This document shows positions 48,049-64,000 of a stretch of DNA of 64,000 bases, one piece after another. The position numbers were made by a program, and so were the translations under genes. This DNA is from Guillardia theta CCMP2712. Its lineage: Eukaryota > Protista > Cryptophyta. Where the stretch lies: assembly GCF_000315625.1 (NCBI RefSeq), contig NW_005434518.1, positions 19,566 through 83,565 on the forward strand. The letters run 5' to 3'. Each line of letters begins with the position of its first letter. Positions within the stretch are counted from its first letter, which is position 1. The notes below the pieces were generated by a model, which was not told where the DNA came from, did no database searches, and saw only the letters and a program-made list of their open reading frames with translations.

Positions 48049-48718
48049 CTGGCTGATGGCGGGGGAGACTGGAGCGAAGGATTCGTAAGGCACGAATGGC
48101 GGGTGGGGGAGGGGCAGCGGAGAGGAGATGAAGCTTGTACGAGTCTGGGTGGGACAAGACTGATACAGTCTGAGATGGTAGAGGAGGGGAGTGAGGAGGA
48201 GGAAGAGAGGTACACAGGGGAGGAGGGGAGGAGGGAGGAGGGAGGGGGAGGGGGAGGGGGAAAGGGAGACGTTGTAAAACTGCCTCTGAGTAGTTTTAGA
48301 ATTATTAGTTGCGTACTGCTCGCTAAGGTCGTACTTATTAATAATATTTTATGATTTTTTGTAATGTTTTTATAATAAAAGAGTTTTAAAAAGTACCAAA
48401 TCAAAATAGGTCATCATGTGGTATAACAACAAAGCAGGACCTGGGCGATTTGCCGCCAATGCGCTACTAGCAGGAGAAAAGCGGCAGGGGCAGGGGCAGG
48501 GGCAGGAAGAGGAGGAGGAGCCGCTGACAATGCGCATGAATGGAGACACTCGGTCCTGTGCTGAGATCGTAGGACAAGATAGGAAATGGCAGGGCCCAGC
48601 AAGTGAGGAGGGAGGAGACAGGATTTCCTGATATTGTAGCAGGAGACTGGTCAGAGCTATAGAAACACGTTTCTCAGGAGAGAGCTGAGATTTCTCTGCA
48701 GGTGGTAGAGGAGGCAAT

Positions 48719-51700
48719 ATGTCAGCTTCAACTGTGTCCGAGCTGCTAAGGTGCATGAACCGAAGCTATGAAGCCCCTGCCCAGGGAAGGTCGGCACTCC
48801 CACGAGATGGGGTGAGAAACCTTAGCTTTAAGAAAGTCTCAGGCAAGACAAATGCCTCTGGTGGAGAGGAGAGCTTCAGCGACAGGCAGCAGAGAGGGCA
48901 GAGCGCGGACGAGCTGTGGTTGGCGCACATGGCGGGAAAACGGATGCTGCCAGACTTCATTATGGAAACCGACTGGAAACAACTGTCTGTCCTCATTGCG
49001 GAGGTTCAGAGAGTTGCAGTCACCAAGTGCTTGACGACCCGCACCAACGCTTGCTCGAGGAGCAAGAGGATGAGCTCTGTAGACAACATCGTCTGCTTCC
49101 TCGTCAAGGCAGCCTACTCTTCCCAACTCAAAGATAAAACTTCGGTTTCCATTTCACTCAGTCGGAAATGTGGTGAGGTCTTGAACGCCGCATGCAGCCT
49201 GTCGGAGGACTTGATGGTTGTCTTGCTGTCCTTGTGTCTGTGATGCTGAACCATGTTCGAGCAGAAAGGATTGTCCTGTACCCTGTATATCCTCGAGATT
49301 GCCAAGGAAATAGATACGAAGGGGGATGTATTCGTTCCCTTGCTTCGAGACAGGACCCGCTACCTCTTTTCTGCGTCAAGGTTCACAACTCCGAGCAGTG
49401 ATGACGGAATCTCTTTCAACCAACTTTCTTATCATTTCTGGGACCTGCTTGTGAGTCCGACGTTGCAAGAAGCCCGGAATATGTTGTACAGGATTTTCCG
49501 TCACTTGTTGTCAAACAAGGAATCCTCGAAAATCTTTGATCTGGTGATGCCCAGTGAAGTCTTCATTGTTTTCAGGGATGATTGTGCCCTTCTACAGATT
49601 TCATCGCAACTGGAGCCAGATGGCTCGTGTCTTGGTTTAGCTGCAATCATGATACGATTGCTTTCAAGGTCGGACGAGATCAGCGGTATGAAGGCTGGGG
49701 CTGACCGACACCTGTTGACAAGTTTCTGATCAGCACGGTCCGTCCAAGAGCTGGTAGACAACGAAGTCACTTCCGCTCTGTCCGCATGCAATGCTGAGAA
49801 GATGGGAAGATGCATTCTCATCATGATCTTTCTCTCAGAGGTAAAAGAGCTGCCTGTAGTTTTCTCTGATGTTTCAACCAGGACGTGAAGAATCTCCATA
49901 CCTCCCTGAGGGGTTGGGCGATACACGAGCTCTGGATGCGAAAGGTGAGACTTGGAATGACATGCTGAAGAGGTTGAGGCCCTTTATGCACAGCTCATCG
50001 TACGGGGGAACAACAATCCCTCATGCTCGAAGAAGTGTGTTTCTATGATGATCGGATTGATGAAGGTCGACCGACTGCCCTCCTGTCTGTCCCGTCTCAA
50101 GTGGCTGACGTCCCAACAGCAACTGGTCGCTCAAGACTCTTGGCACTCGTCCGCCTATCGGATACAAGGGGATTCCCTCAAAATGCACGTTAGCGCCTTG
50201 ACCAACTCAAACCTCCAAAAGTGCTACGTCCGGGACTACACAGTGACAACCATCAGCTAGTGAACAATTCTGTGACCTTGTCTTAGGTGCTTGCGAAGTC
50301 AAGGCTGTCAGAGCTCAGCGGGCTCGTCGAGGGAGCATGTGCCGCAGCAGGTATCGATGCGTTGGAGGATGGTAGACCGGACGGCAGCGAGCTGGAGACG
50401 ACGGTGAGATCTCAGTATCAGATCAACGGCACGTGTGAGATGAGAACAGGCCGAGGGCAGCCCAGCAGGTCTCCAGAGATCCTTTGACCTTCTCTGCTCG
50501 TAAGTGATGGAGGTGATGGGTCGGTTCGTGTGCTCACTGGGCCAACGCAGGCGTTTCGAGGAGAATCTTTCGTCCTTCCAGATCTACGAGGCCTCGGCAG
50601 ACCTTACCAAGGAGATCGAGCGATGTGGTCAGGTGGTGGAAACACTCGAGGAGCAGTCGGCGTTCCTTAGCAGCTTCAGCGTCACGTTCCTCAATGGCAT
50701 GCTGAAGCTCTTCATCGCCCACTGCAACAGGTCCATCGAGAGCGACCTACCCGCTCCTGCCCTAGGATGTCACCTGTGGCTGTCTCGATGCTTCTTGGTC
50801 GTTGCAGCCCATGGCAGACTGCTGGATGCCGTTGTTGACCTCGCGAGGAAGTTGCTCTCGGAACAACATGACCAGCTCGACAGCGCTCAGCACACGGTCT
50901 TGACCTACTTGATGCTCCACTCCTTCTCCCTCCAGTACTCTCAACCCCTCAGCTCGTCTCCACCAGTGTCAGAGAAGCCTTTCGGTCAGAGGCCGAAGAC
51001 TGCGGGAGAGTGCGGAGGCTCTTGTTGGTTCTTGGAGGTGCTGCTGTCGCTTCTCAGGCATGGCGCCCGGGGGAGGAGGACGGTAGTCGAGATCTGCTGT
51101 ACTTACCTGCAAGTCGCTGCCTGCGAGTTTCCATTGATCCATGTTGCCCATGAAGATCAGGAGGGCAGTGCAGCTAATGATTCCTTGGCTCCCGACAGCC
51201 TCCGTCATCAAGATCAGCAGCGAGTCGCCGTGGTCCCCTCGCTGATCGTCTCGCTCCTCAAGTGGATCTCGGGGAGGTTTGACTTTGCCGGCCAGGACTT
51301 GGGTCATGCCCGCAACAACGTCGAATACCTCATGGCTGCTCCTGTCCTCTCCTCCCTGGTCGCAGAGACAAGACTCAGTCTGACGCACTTCCTCGATTTC
51401 GAACTTCGTACCCCCGATGAAGGCGGCGACAGAGACCTGAGGCTGAATCACATGCAGTGTTTCTTCTCAGAGGCCGTGAGGAAAGATTGCAACAACGACA
51501 CTGAAAGGTTCTTCATGACGGTCTTCAGAGCCCTCACCGTCGGCAATCTGTCAGACACGAGGGGGAGGAACGATGTGATCGTGGCTGTTGTTGGATTTCT
51601 TGATGAGTTTGTAGCACCTCAACTACACGTGGACAGATTCTTGTTGGAGTATGTTGATGCTGTGCGAAGGACGGAACAAGGGGATAGCAAGAAAGTTCGA

Positions 51701-53512
51701 GAGAAGATAGAAACAGTCCTAAATGTCTGCAATCTTTTCCCGTCAAGACTAATCTTCGCTTCTTGTGACGATCAGCAAGAGCCGAATCTTCGTTTCCTGC
51801 AGACATTCTCAACTGTCTGCCAGGTTGTCTTCGAGGGCCAGGAGAGCAAGACTTCAACTGGCGAGATGTTTCCGCTCTCTCTCGCAAGGTTTATCATGAG
51901 GGGTATGAAACACACCGGACAAGACTTGTTTTCTCAGACAACGGGACGGAATCTTTCTTTCCTCGTGCGGCTGCTGCTGTTTCGATACCATGCCCTCTCC
52001 ATCGACATGCGGCAAAACCTGCCAAAGCACAGGCTGATGGAACTGTTCGTTTTCATTGGGGGTTTACTCTCCTCTGAAATTGATGCGTCCACAGACATAT
52101 CTTCCCTGAAGAATTTCTTAGAAGGATATCAGGGACGGCAGATGTTTGTGATGTTGCTGCGAAGTTACACGATGCTGTCCGAGGAACGAGAATCATTCTC
52201 ATCGTCTCAAAGTTTCTTTCCGCCATCGTTAGCCAAGCTGATTCAGAAATGCGATGCAGAATGCAAGCAAGCGATGGCAATGGCTCTTGTTGAAGCGGCA
52301 GGAAGGGACGGCGAAATGTCAAGGGAGGAAAAGGAGGGGGGAAGCATGAAGACGATGAGACTTTGTTGCTGTGAGCATGGGAAGGGGAGCTACGCTGCTT
52401 CCTTCTTGTTGGAGTCGTTCAGGCTGTCGTCGGATGACTCTTGGGTGGATCTTGTACAGTCTTGCTTCAAGGATGATCGCAGAGCAGTTGAGGCTCTTCT
52501 TGTCATGGTCTTGTCCACCATAACTTCGAGGTACACTTGTGCTGCTGATGGGGGGAGGAGAGGAGAGGAGAGGAGAAGAGAGGAGAGGAGAGGAGAGGAG
52601 AGGAGAGGAGAGAAGGGGAGAGGAGAGGAGAGGAGAGGAGTGGAGAGGAGAGGAGAGGAGAGGAGAGGAGGTCAGGGGCAAGACGAGGGGAGGCAGTAGG
52701 TGATGTTTGACTCTTCCATGACGCGGTACAGGGGCGGAGGGCCAGCCACCGTGATCGACATTCTGCTGTCCTTCAACCCTCAACAGACTGAGAGGTTGAC
52801 CAGAAGGCTCGTTGCTGGCTGCGGTCGGGGTAGTTCTCGACCCCTCCCACTTTCCCTTCTCCCTTACGGACTGTGCCAGTTGCCCTCCTGACTTGCTCGT
52901 GCGGAGAAAAGTCGAATCTGAGTGACGTGAAGAAGAAGGTAGGTTTCCTTTCTCCTCTCCTCCTTCCCTCACGCCTTTCTCTTCCCGTCCTCCTCTATCT
53001 CGATCTCGATCTCCCTCCTACCTCCTCATTCCCTCTCCCGCTCGTGTTACTATTTCCTCCTCCTTTTATGCATCTTCTTGCTATCCCAGTCTGTCATGTT
53101 ACCATCCTCCTCTTCCTTCATCTTCCCCGCCTATTTTTTCTCCTGCTCCTCTTCCTCCTCCTCCTTGGTAAAGCTGAGCGTTCAGATTTTCTCTCTGCTC
53201 AACTACGTCACGGCGAGACAAACTCAAACTTGTAGGGGAGGAAATGAAGAGGTGAACGCAGAGCCTTTTCCTTGCTCCTCCCCTACCTCTTCCTTCCGTC
53301 CTTGCCTCTCACCCTAACGACTATCGTCCACTTCCTCCTATTCCTCTTCCTTCCTCCTTCTACCACCACCACCACATCATCATCTTCCTAATTTTCATCT
53401 TTTCCTGCTCTTCGTCTCGCCACTTTCTCGTGGTTCCTCCTGACATGTCCAACAGGGAGCGACGAATCTGCCTCATGAAGAAGAGAGCATGCCTGTCGAG
53501 GCGCTCGAGTGA
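48719..53512 (+). CDS. FANCA: Probable Fanconi anaemia group A (FANCA) homologue, multi-exon (start uncertain)
   Basis: Spliced segment CSKKCVSMMIGLMK|QLVAQDSW|DSLKMHV..VRDYT|VLAKSRLSEL matches the recalled FANCA N-domain [41 protein letters not shown]. Later FLDFEL..DCNNDTERFFMTVFRAL resembles WLELEI..GCDGDLQAACTILVNAL. Large helical protein. Confidence 0.68.
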
Positions 53513-53694
53513 CAGCATAAGGAAGGGAAGGGGGTAAGGGGAGAGGAGGAGGGAGGAGGAAACGAAGTTAGTCAAGGGCGAGGTGGAGCCGGGGAAAGGG
53601 AAGGGGAAAAGCAGGAGGAGGAGGAGGAAAAGCAGGAGGAGGAGGAGAAGGAGCAGCAGGAGGAGGAGGAGGAGGAGGAGGAGGAGGAGGAGGA

Positions 53695-53770
<76 letters not shown>

Positions 53771-53800
53771 GAGAGAGACGATAATAAAATCAATTTCATT

Positions 53801-58592
<4,792 letters not shown>

Positions 58593-58619
58593 TCCTTGGT
58601 TCCAGTTCCCCTCTCTATG

Positions 58620-58935
58620 GGTAGGGTAGTAGGCTGGGCAAGGAGGGGTCCATGGTTTACAGAAGGGGTTCTAATCTGGTACTTCTAGGGGGTACTTCGG
58701 TCGGAACATTTGCAAAAGACCCCTGATGGACTCGATGATGTTGGTCAGAGAGGGGGTGGGGTGGATGTTTGTGGTTTGGTGGGTGACAGGGTGGTTGAGA
58801 TCTCTAATATCGATTTTTCTAGGGGGTAGTCTTTCAATCTCTTGTGGTAGGGTAGTTGGAGGGATTAGAAAGGGGTACAAGTAACATCTGACAATGGTTG
58901 GGGGTGGGGTGAACTTAAGGATGGGGTGGGGTAGG
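58620..58935. promoter_or_regulatory. GGGGT/GGGTA-rich putative promoter tract between divergent genes
   Basis: The same motif class recurs upstream of most genes in the window. Confidence 0.4.
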
Positions 58936-59509
58936 TTAATCCCTCACCAGGGAAAGGGGGCATGGTGTACTAGCAAGGCAGCGCACCAGGGGAGGAGAGG
59001 GAGAGCGAAGGAGGAGAGGAGAAGCAGGTAGAGCAAGAGCATGTGGTGATGGTGTGACGAAGCGAAAGCTGCATGCTGAGGAAGCGACCTGCTGTGACGA
59101 GAGGCAGATGACTGGAGGAGGGGCATTCAAGGATGACAGGATGACAGGGTGAGTTTCAAGGGAGTGCGACGATGAGATGGGATAGGGTAGATACTATGCG
59201 AAGACGATCTGTGAGTATGAAAATGCAGGAACAAGCCAAAGAAATCTGAGAACATACCTGATCGCTGGTTATCACGCCTTAGACTAGAGGTTGTTTCGAA
59301 TTGCACACACGATATGAATTGGAGGTTACTCTCTCACATAACATGTGACATCGCATGACGAGCCAAGTGATGAATTTTTGTATTACAAGAAACGTAACCG
59401 CTCTGACTTACCGCACCAACATTATGTTGTATTCCACCAGACATCTGGTTGCTGTGATGCGATGTTTTATGTTACGGGTAAATTCGTGGCTCTGACATGC
59501 GTCGCAGTC

Positions 59510-60064
59510 ATGAAGCAAACAAGTTTCAGCCTCCTCCTCCTACTTCTCCATCTCTACGTTACCTGCGGCTTCATCAACAGGCCCCTGGTGATTGCGTCGT
59601 AGAGTCTGCCAGCAGTAACGCGGTTGTTTGATGTTCCAGTCACGGCCATCATATCTTAAAAGTCAGAATGGATGTGCGACCAACAAGCTCTACCCGACGA
59701 AGCTCATCTCCTCCCCGAGGAATGCAAGGCTGAGGTGAGCTCGTGTTTGTCTACAATGTTGCTGCCCGCGATTGCTCCATTTTCCATGCTCCTTCTTCTT
59801 CTCTTGCTCCTACTCCTTCTCTTGCTGATTCTCCTGCTGTTGCTGCTGTTGCTGCTGCTGCCACTGCTGTCTGTCACGCAAGTGATTGCAGGAATGTTGT
59901 TCGCTGTACCAGAGAAGGTGCCCCTTCAGTTACCGCCCAGGTTGGTCAACCATCTCTCAACACCTCTCTTCTCCTTCTCATTTCAACATTCAATCTGATT
60001 GCAAACCTCACGAACAAAGTCGTTCTGAGCTCGGATGGGTTCCTCTATCGATCATTGACTCGTT

Positions 60065-60131
<67 letters not shown>

Positions 60132-62676
60132 CTGAGCAACTGGCAGAATCACAATACTGGTAGACACAGGTGATGGTGTGCGTCCGCTCTCTGAGCTCCG
60201 TCACAGGGAGTGGAGGAACGGTTGGAAGATACACTACAAGAAGTATGGGAAAGGTGCTTCGTCGTCTTCCTCCCTCCCTCCCTCCCTCCCTCTGCCCCCT
60301 CCCCTTCTGCCCTTCCCATCTATCGGTATCCTTCCTGTCTTTCCTTTCACCTTCCTTTCTGTCCCTCCCCTTCCTCCCCTTTCCTTCTTTCCCCTTTCCT
60401 TTCTCCCTCTTCCTATCCTGCAACTTACCTTCTCCCCTCCTCTCCCTTTTCTCTCTCTTCCTCTTCCCCGGAGCTTCTCCTTCCTTCTTCTTTGAGACGC
60501 GCTCCCCTTGTGACGGAGAGATGTCAAAGGGCTGCCTCTGCTGCTGCTGACAGGGTTCGGGGTGGGAGAATTTCACTATGAAAGGTCTTGGAACACCTGC
60601 GGGCACTGATCGTCCATGACATGTTGAACTCAGGAATGTCGAGGAACTGTCAAAGGACTTTGAAGTTTGGGTGTGATCTACACTTGTTGCGCTGAGATAT
60701 ACAACCTGACGGCCTTCTCTCCCTCCTTCCCTTCTCCTTCCCCACCTTGTTCATCACTCCCCCCTCCCCTCTATCCCCTTCCTCGTTGTTCACCTCCTCC
60801 TTCTCTTTCCTTTTCTCCGCTCCCTCATCTTCCACCTCCACGATCCTCATCTCCACTCATTCTACTGTTCTCCCTGCTCCTCTCCTTCTCTTCGCAGACG
60901 ATGGATGTCATAGGACAAGGCAAGAGTTGGCCCTCGCAAGACCCTGCCCCAGGAGGTTGAGGAGGAGAGGAGGAGAGGAGGAGAGGAGGAGGAGGAGAGG
61001 AGGAGGAGGAGGAGGAGGAGGAGGAGGAGGAGGAGGAGGAGGAGGAAGAGGAAGAGGAAGAGGAGGAGGAGGAGGAGTAACCGNNNNNNNNNNNNNNNNN
61101 NNNNNNNNNNNNNNNNNNNNNNNNNNNNNNNNNNNNNNNNNNNNNNNNNNNNNNNNNNNNNNNNNNNNNNNNNNNNNNNNNNNNNNNNNNNNNNNNNNNN
61201 NNNNNNNNNNNNNNNNNNNNNNNNNNNNNNNNNNNNNNNNNNNNNNNNNNNNNNNNNNNNNNNNNNNNNNNNNNNNNNNNNNNNNNNNNNNNNNNNNNNN
61301 NNNNNNNNNNNNNNNNNNNNNNNNNNNNNNNNNNNNNNNNNNNNNNNNNNNNNNNNNNNNNNNNNNNNNNNNNNNNNNNNNNNNNNNNNNNNNNNNNNNN
61401 NNNNNNNNNNNNNNNNNNNNNNNNNNNNNNNNNNNNNNNNNNNNNNNNNNNNNNNNNNNNNNNNTGAAGGAGCTGGAGAAAGTTAGGACAAGGGAGTAAA
61501 AGGCAGACATAGAAAACAAAGGGGAGAGGGAGGGAGGAAGGCAAAGACAAGGAAGGGGAAAGGGAAGCAGGGAGAAAGGATGGCTCATCCTGTCTGACTT
61601 GTCACATCAGGTCATCGATTTCATCGAGCAGATCGTTCAGCGTCCCTGCTACGTCGCCGGGAATTCTCTGGGGTGAGGAGGAATCGAAATTTAGCGACCA
61701 CTGGTCCCTCACCTCCTCCTCCTCCCTCAGCGGCTACCTGGCGGTCATGACTGCCTCCTCGCGTCCAGAGCTCACCAAGGGTAGGAAACTCTCTCCTCTC
61801 TCCAACCTGCTACACTCTCCCTCTCTCCTCTCCCTCCTCGCTCTCTATCCCTCCCCCTTCTCTCCCCCACCTCTCTCCTCCTCCTGAGATCTCTCTCTCT
61901 CCTGGCATCCTACAGGTCTGCTCCTCCTCAACGCAACTCCCATCTGGGGTGTTGGCATCCAGAAAGTCCTGCCATGGTCGGGAGGTTACCCGGTGCCCGA
62001 GTGGGTCCGTCCCATCACCTTCACCTGGTAGCCACCCCTGCTTCCTCCCCTTGCTCTCCTGCTCTTGGCTTGCCCCCTCCTCCTCCTCATCATCATCATC
62101 ACAACTACCACCATCACCATTCTCCTCCTCCTCCTCCTCCTCCTCCTCCTCCTCCTCCTCCTCCTCCTTATGACCACCACCACCACCACCACCACCACCA
62201 CCACCATTCTCCCTCACCACCACCACCCCTCGGTTCTCAACTTACTTTCTCTTGCCTCCTCCGACTCTCACGTAGCCTTCCTTACATTCGTCCTCCCCCC
62301 TCCTTGTCCTGTTTGATTCTCTTTCGTATCCTCCCTCCCGTCATGCTGACCTCTCGCAACAGGTGGGACGGCATTCGCAGCTCGTCGACCATCACTTCCC
62401 TCCTCTCCTTCGTTAGACTGCTTCTTCTCTTCTTTCCTCTCTTCTCCTCTTTCTCTCCTCCTCTTTGTTTTCCTCCGCCGCTTTTCCTCTCCTCCTGCCA
62501 CTTCTCCTCCTCCCTACCACAACCACCTGTCTCCTCCTCTCATTTACATGCAAGGTCTACGCCAACAAGGAAAGGATTGGACCCAAGTTGATCGAAGATG
62601 TGAGTGCTAGCAGGAGAGGCACAAGTACAAGAAACAAATGGGGAGGAAGCGGGGCGGGTAGGGTGGCGGGGGGGGA

Positions 62677-62708
<32 letters not shown>

Positions 62709-64000
62709 TTTGACGTGAGAAGGGGAAAGGAAGGTAGAGAAGCAGAGAAAAGAGGAGAGGAGATGAGGAGATATTCTTCTTCTTATCAGACATTTCAGAT
62801 TATCGAGCCAACGGAACATCCTGCCGCTGCTTCTGCTTTCGCTTCGATCTTATGCTCGCGAGGAAGCCTGAAAACGTGAGGAGGGAGAGGGAGGGAGAGA
62901 GGGAGAGGAAGCGGGAGGAGGAGAGGGGCAGTGACGACAAACGAGGTCGCGACTGTGTGACACTAACATTTTCGATTCAGGTTTGATCAGATGCTCGGAA
63001 AGATCAAAGAAGACAAAGTTCCGGTGAGCAAGAGCAAGAGCATGCAGGATGAAGGGAGGAGAGAACGGAGAGGAACGAGTGGGAACAGAAGGAGGAGGAT
63101 GAAGGTCCAGAAGTAGGAGTGAGAAACATTGTTCAGGTTGCTCTCCTCTACGGTAGAGATGATCCTTGGATCGTTCCTCTCTGGGTAAGCGGGAAAGGAT
63201 GAAACGTCCTCAACGCATCCTCTTCTCCCTTCCTCCTCCTTTTCCTCATCTACTTTCTTTCCCTTTCCTTCCTCTCCTGTCCCCCTCCTTGAATCCTTCC
63301 TTTCTCTGCGTATCTTGCTCCTCATACTACTCTATCTCCTCCCTCACACTCACTTTTGTTTCTTTTCCTAGGGGTACAGGGCGAAACGATCTCTTCCTCA
63401 CTCACAGTACTATGAAATCACTCCTGCAGGCCACTGCCCGTGAGTGAAGAGAAAGAAAGAGGAGAGAAGACAAGAGCGAAGAGGAGGAGGACGAGGAGGG
63501 CGAGGAGGAGATTGGGAGGAGAGTATGGAAGGGGGTTCAAACGTTTGCGTGCAGGCATCATGAGGTACCGGAGGCTATCAATTATCTCATGCGCGAGTGG
63601 ATTCTTGGTGAGAGGGACGAAGAAGTCGTATGCGCAAGAGAGGCGGAGAGGAGTAGAGGAAGGAGAAGGGGAGGGGCGGGATGGCGGGATTGGAGGAGGA
63701 AAGCAGGAAGGGGACAATGCTCGTTGTTGATCTCTGCTTTCAGACATCGAAGGAGGAGGCGATGGGAACTTGATGGAGGAGGGGGAGAGGGTGAGTGGGA
63801 GGCTCCTTGTGGCGGGGAGAATGAGGAAGAACGGCAGACGTTGACGCTGCAGTTCGACGAGACCCACGGGAAACCGAAGCATGACAAGCTGACTGTCACG
63901 CTATGTGAGCAGCAGAGAGAGAGAGGGTGGGAGAGAATGGAGGAAGGGGGGGAACGGAGGAGGAGGGAGGAGGAGGAAGGAGGAGGAGGAGGAGGGTAGG
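59510..64000 (+). CDS. PPH: Pheophytinase-like alpha/beta hydrolase, multi-exon; 3' end uncertain and may run off the window
   Basis: LLLLTGFGVGEFHYE; MDVIGQGKSWP..DP; YVAGNSLG|GY; LLNATPIWG..PWSGGYPVP; HPAAASAFASI; LLYGRDDPWIVPLW; YYEITPAGHCP|HHEVPEAINYLMREWI. All match recalled plant PPH motifs. N-terminal signal peptide. Confidence 0.88.

Overview
Gene-dense eukaryotic nuclear DNA, most likely from a cryptophyte alga such as Guillardia theta. This is inferred from many ~45-55 nt GT/GC-AG introns, microsatellite-filled introns and bipartite plastid-targeting presequences. Two tandem arrays dominate the window. (1) 1-7924: a near-identical ~445-bp coding core is repeated 7 times (one copy partial), separated by two different spacers in the order A-B-A-A-B-B. 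Each spacer supplies its own in-frame ATG to the same orphan ~130-aa ORF. (2) 35669-45332: at least four ~2.7-kb units, each carrying an intronless orphan 474-aa ORF plus apparent fragments of both neighbouring genes. Single-copy spliced genes: a Tudor/MBD/C2H2 chromatin protein, an acylated ankyrin protein, a TPM(MOLO-1)-TMEM65 fusion, a Cys/His-rich orphan, a PAP/fibrillin protein, the PP2A scaffold A subunit, a long-chain acyl-CoA synthetase, an ATG22/UMF1-type MFS transporter, an orphan, a probable FANCA homologue, a tandem-DUF179 protein and a pheophytinase. No tRNA, rRNA, CRISPR array or autonomous transposon was recognised. Exon structures were deduced by eye and protein matches come from recalled family motifs, not database searches.
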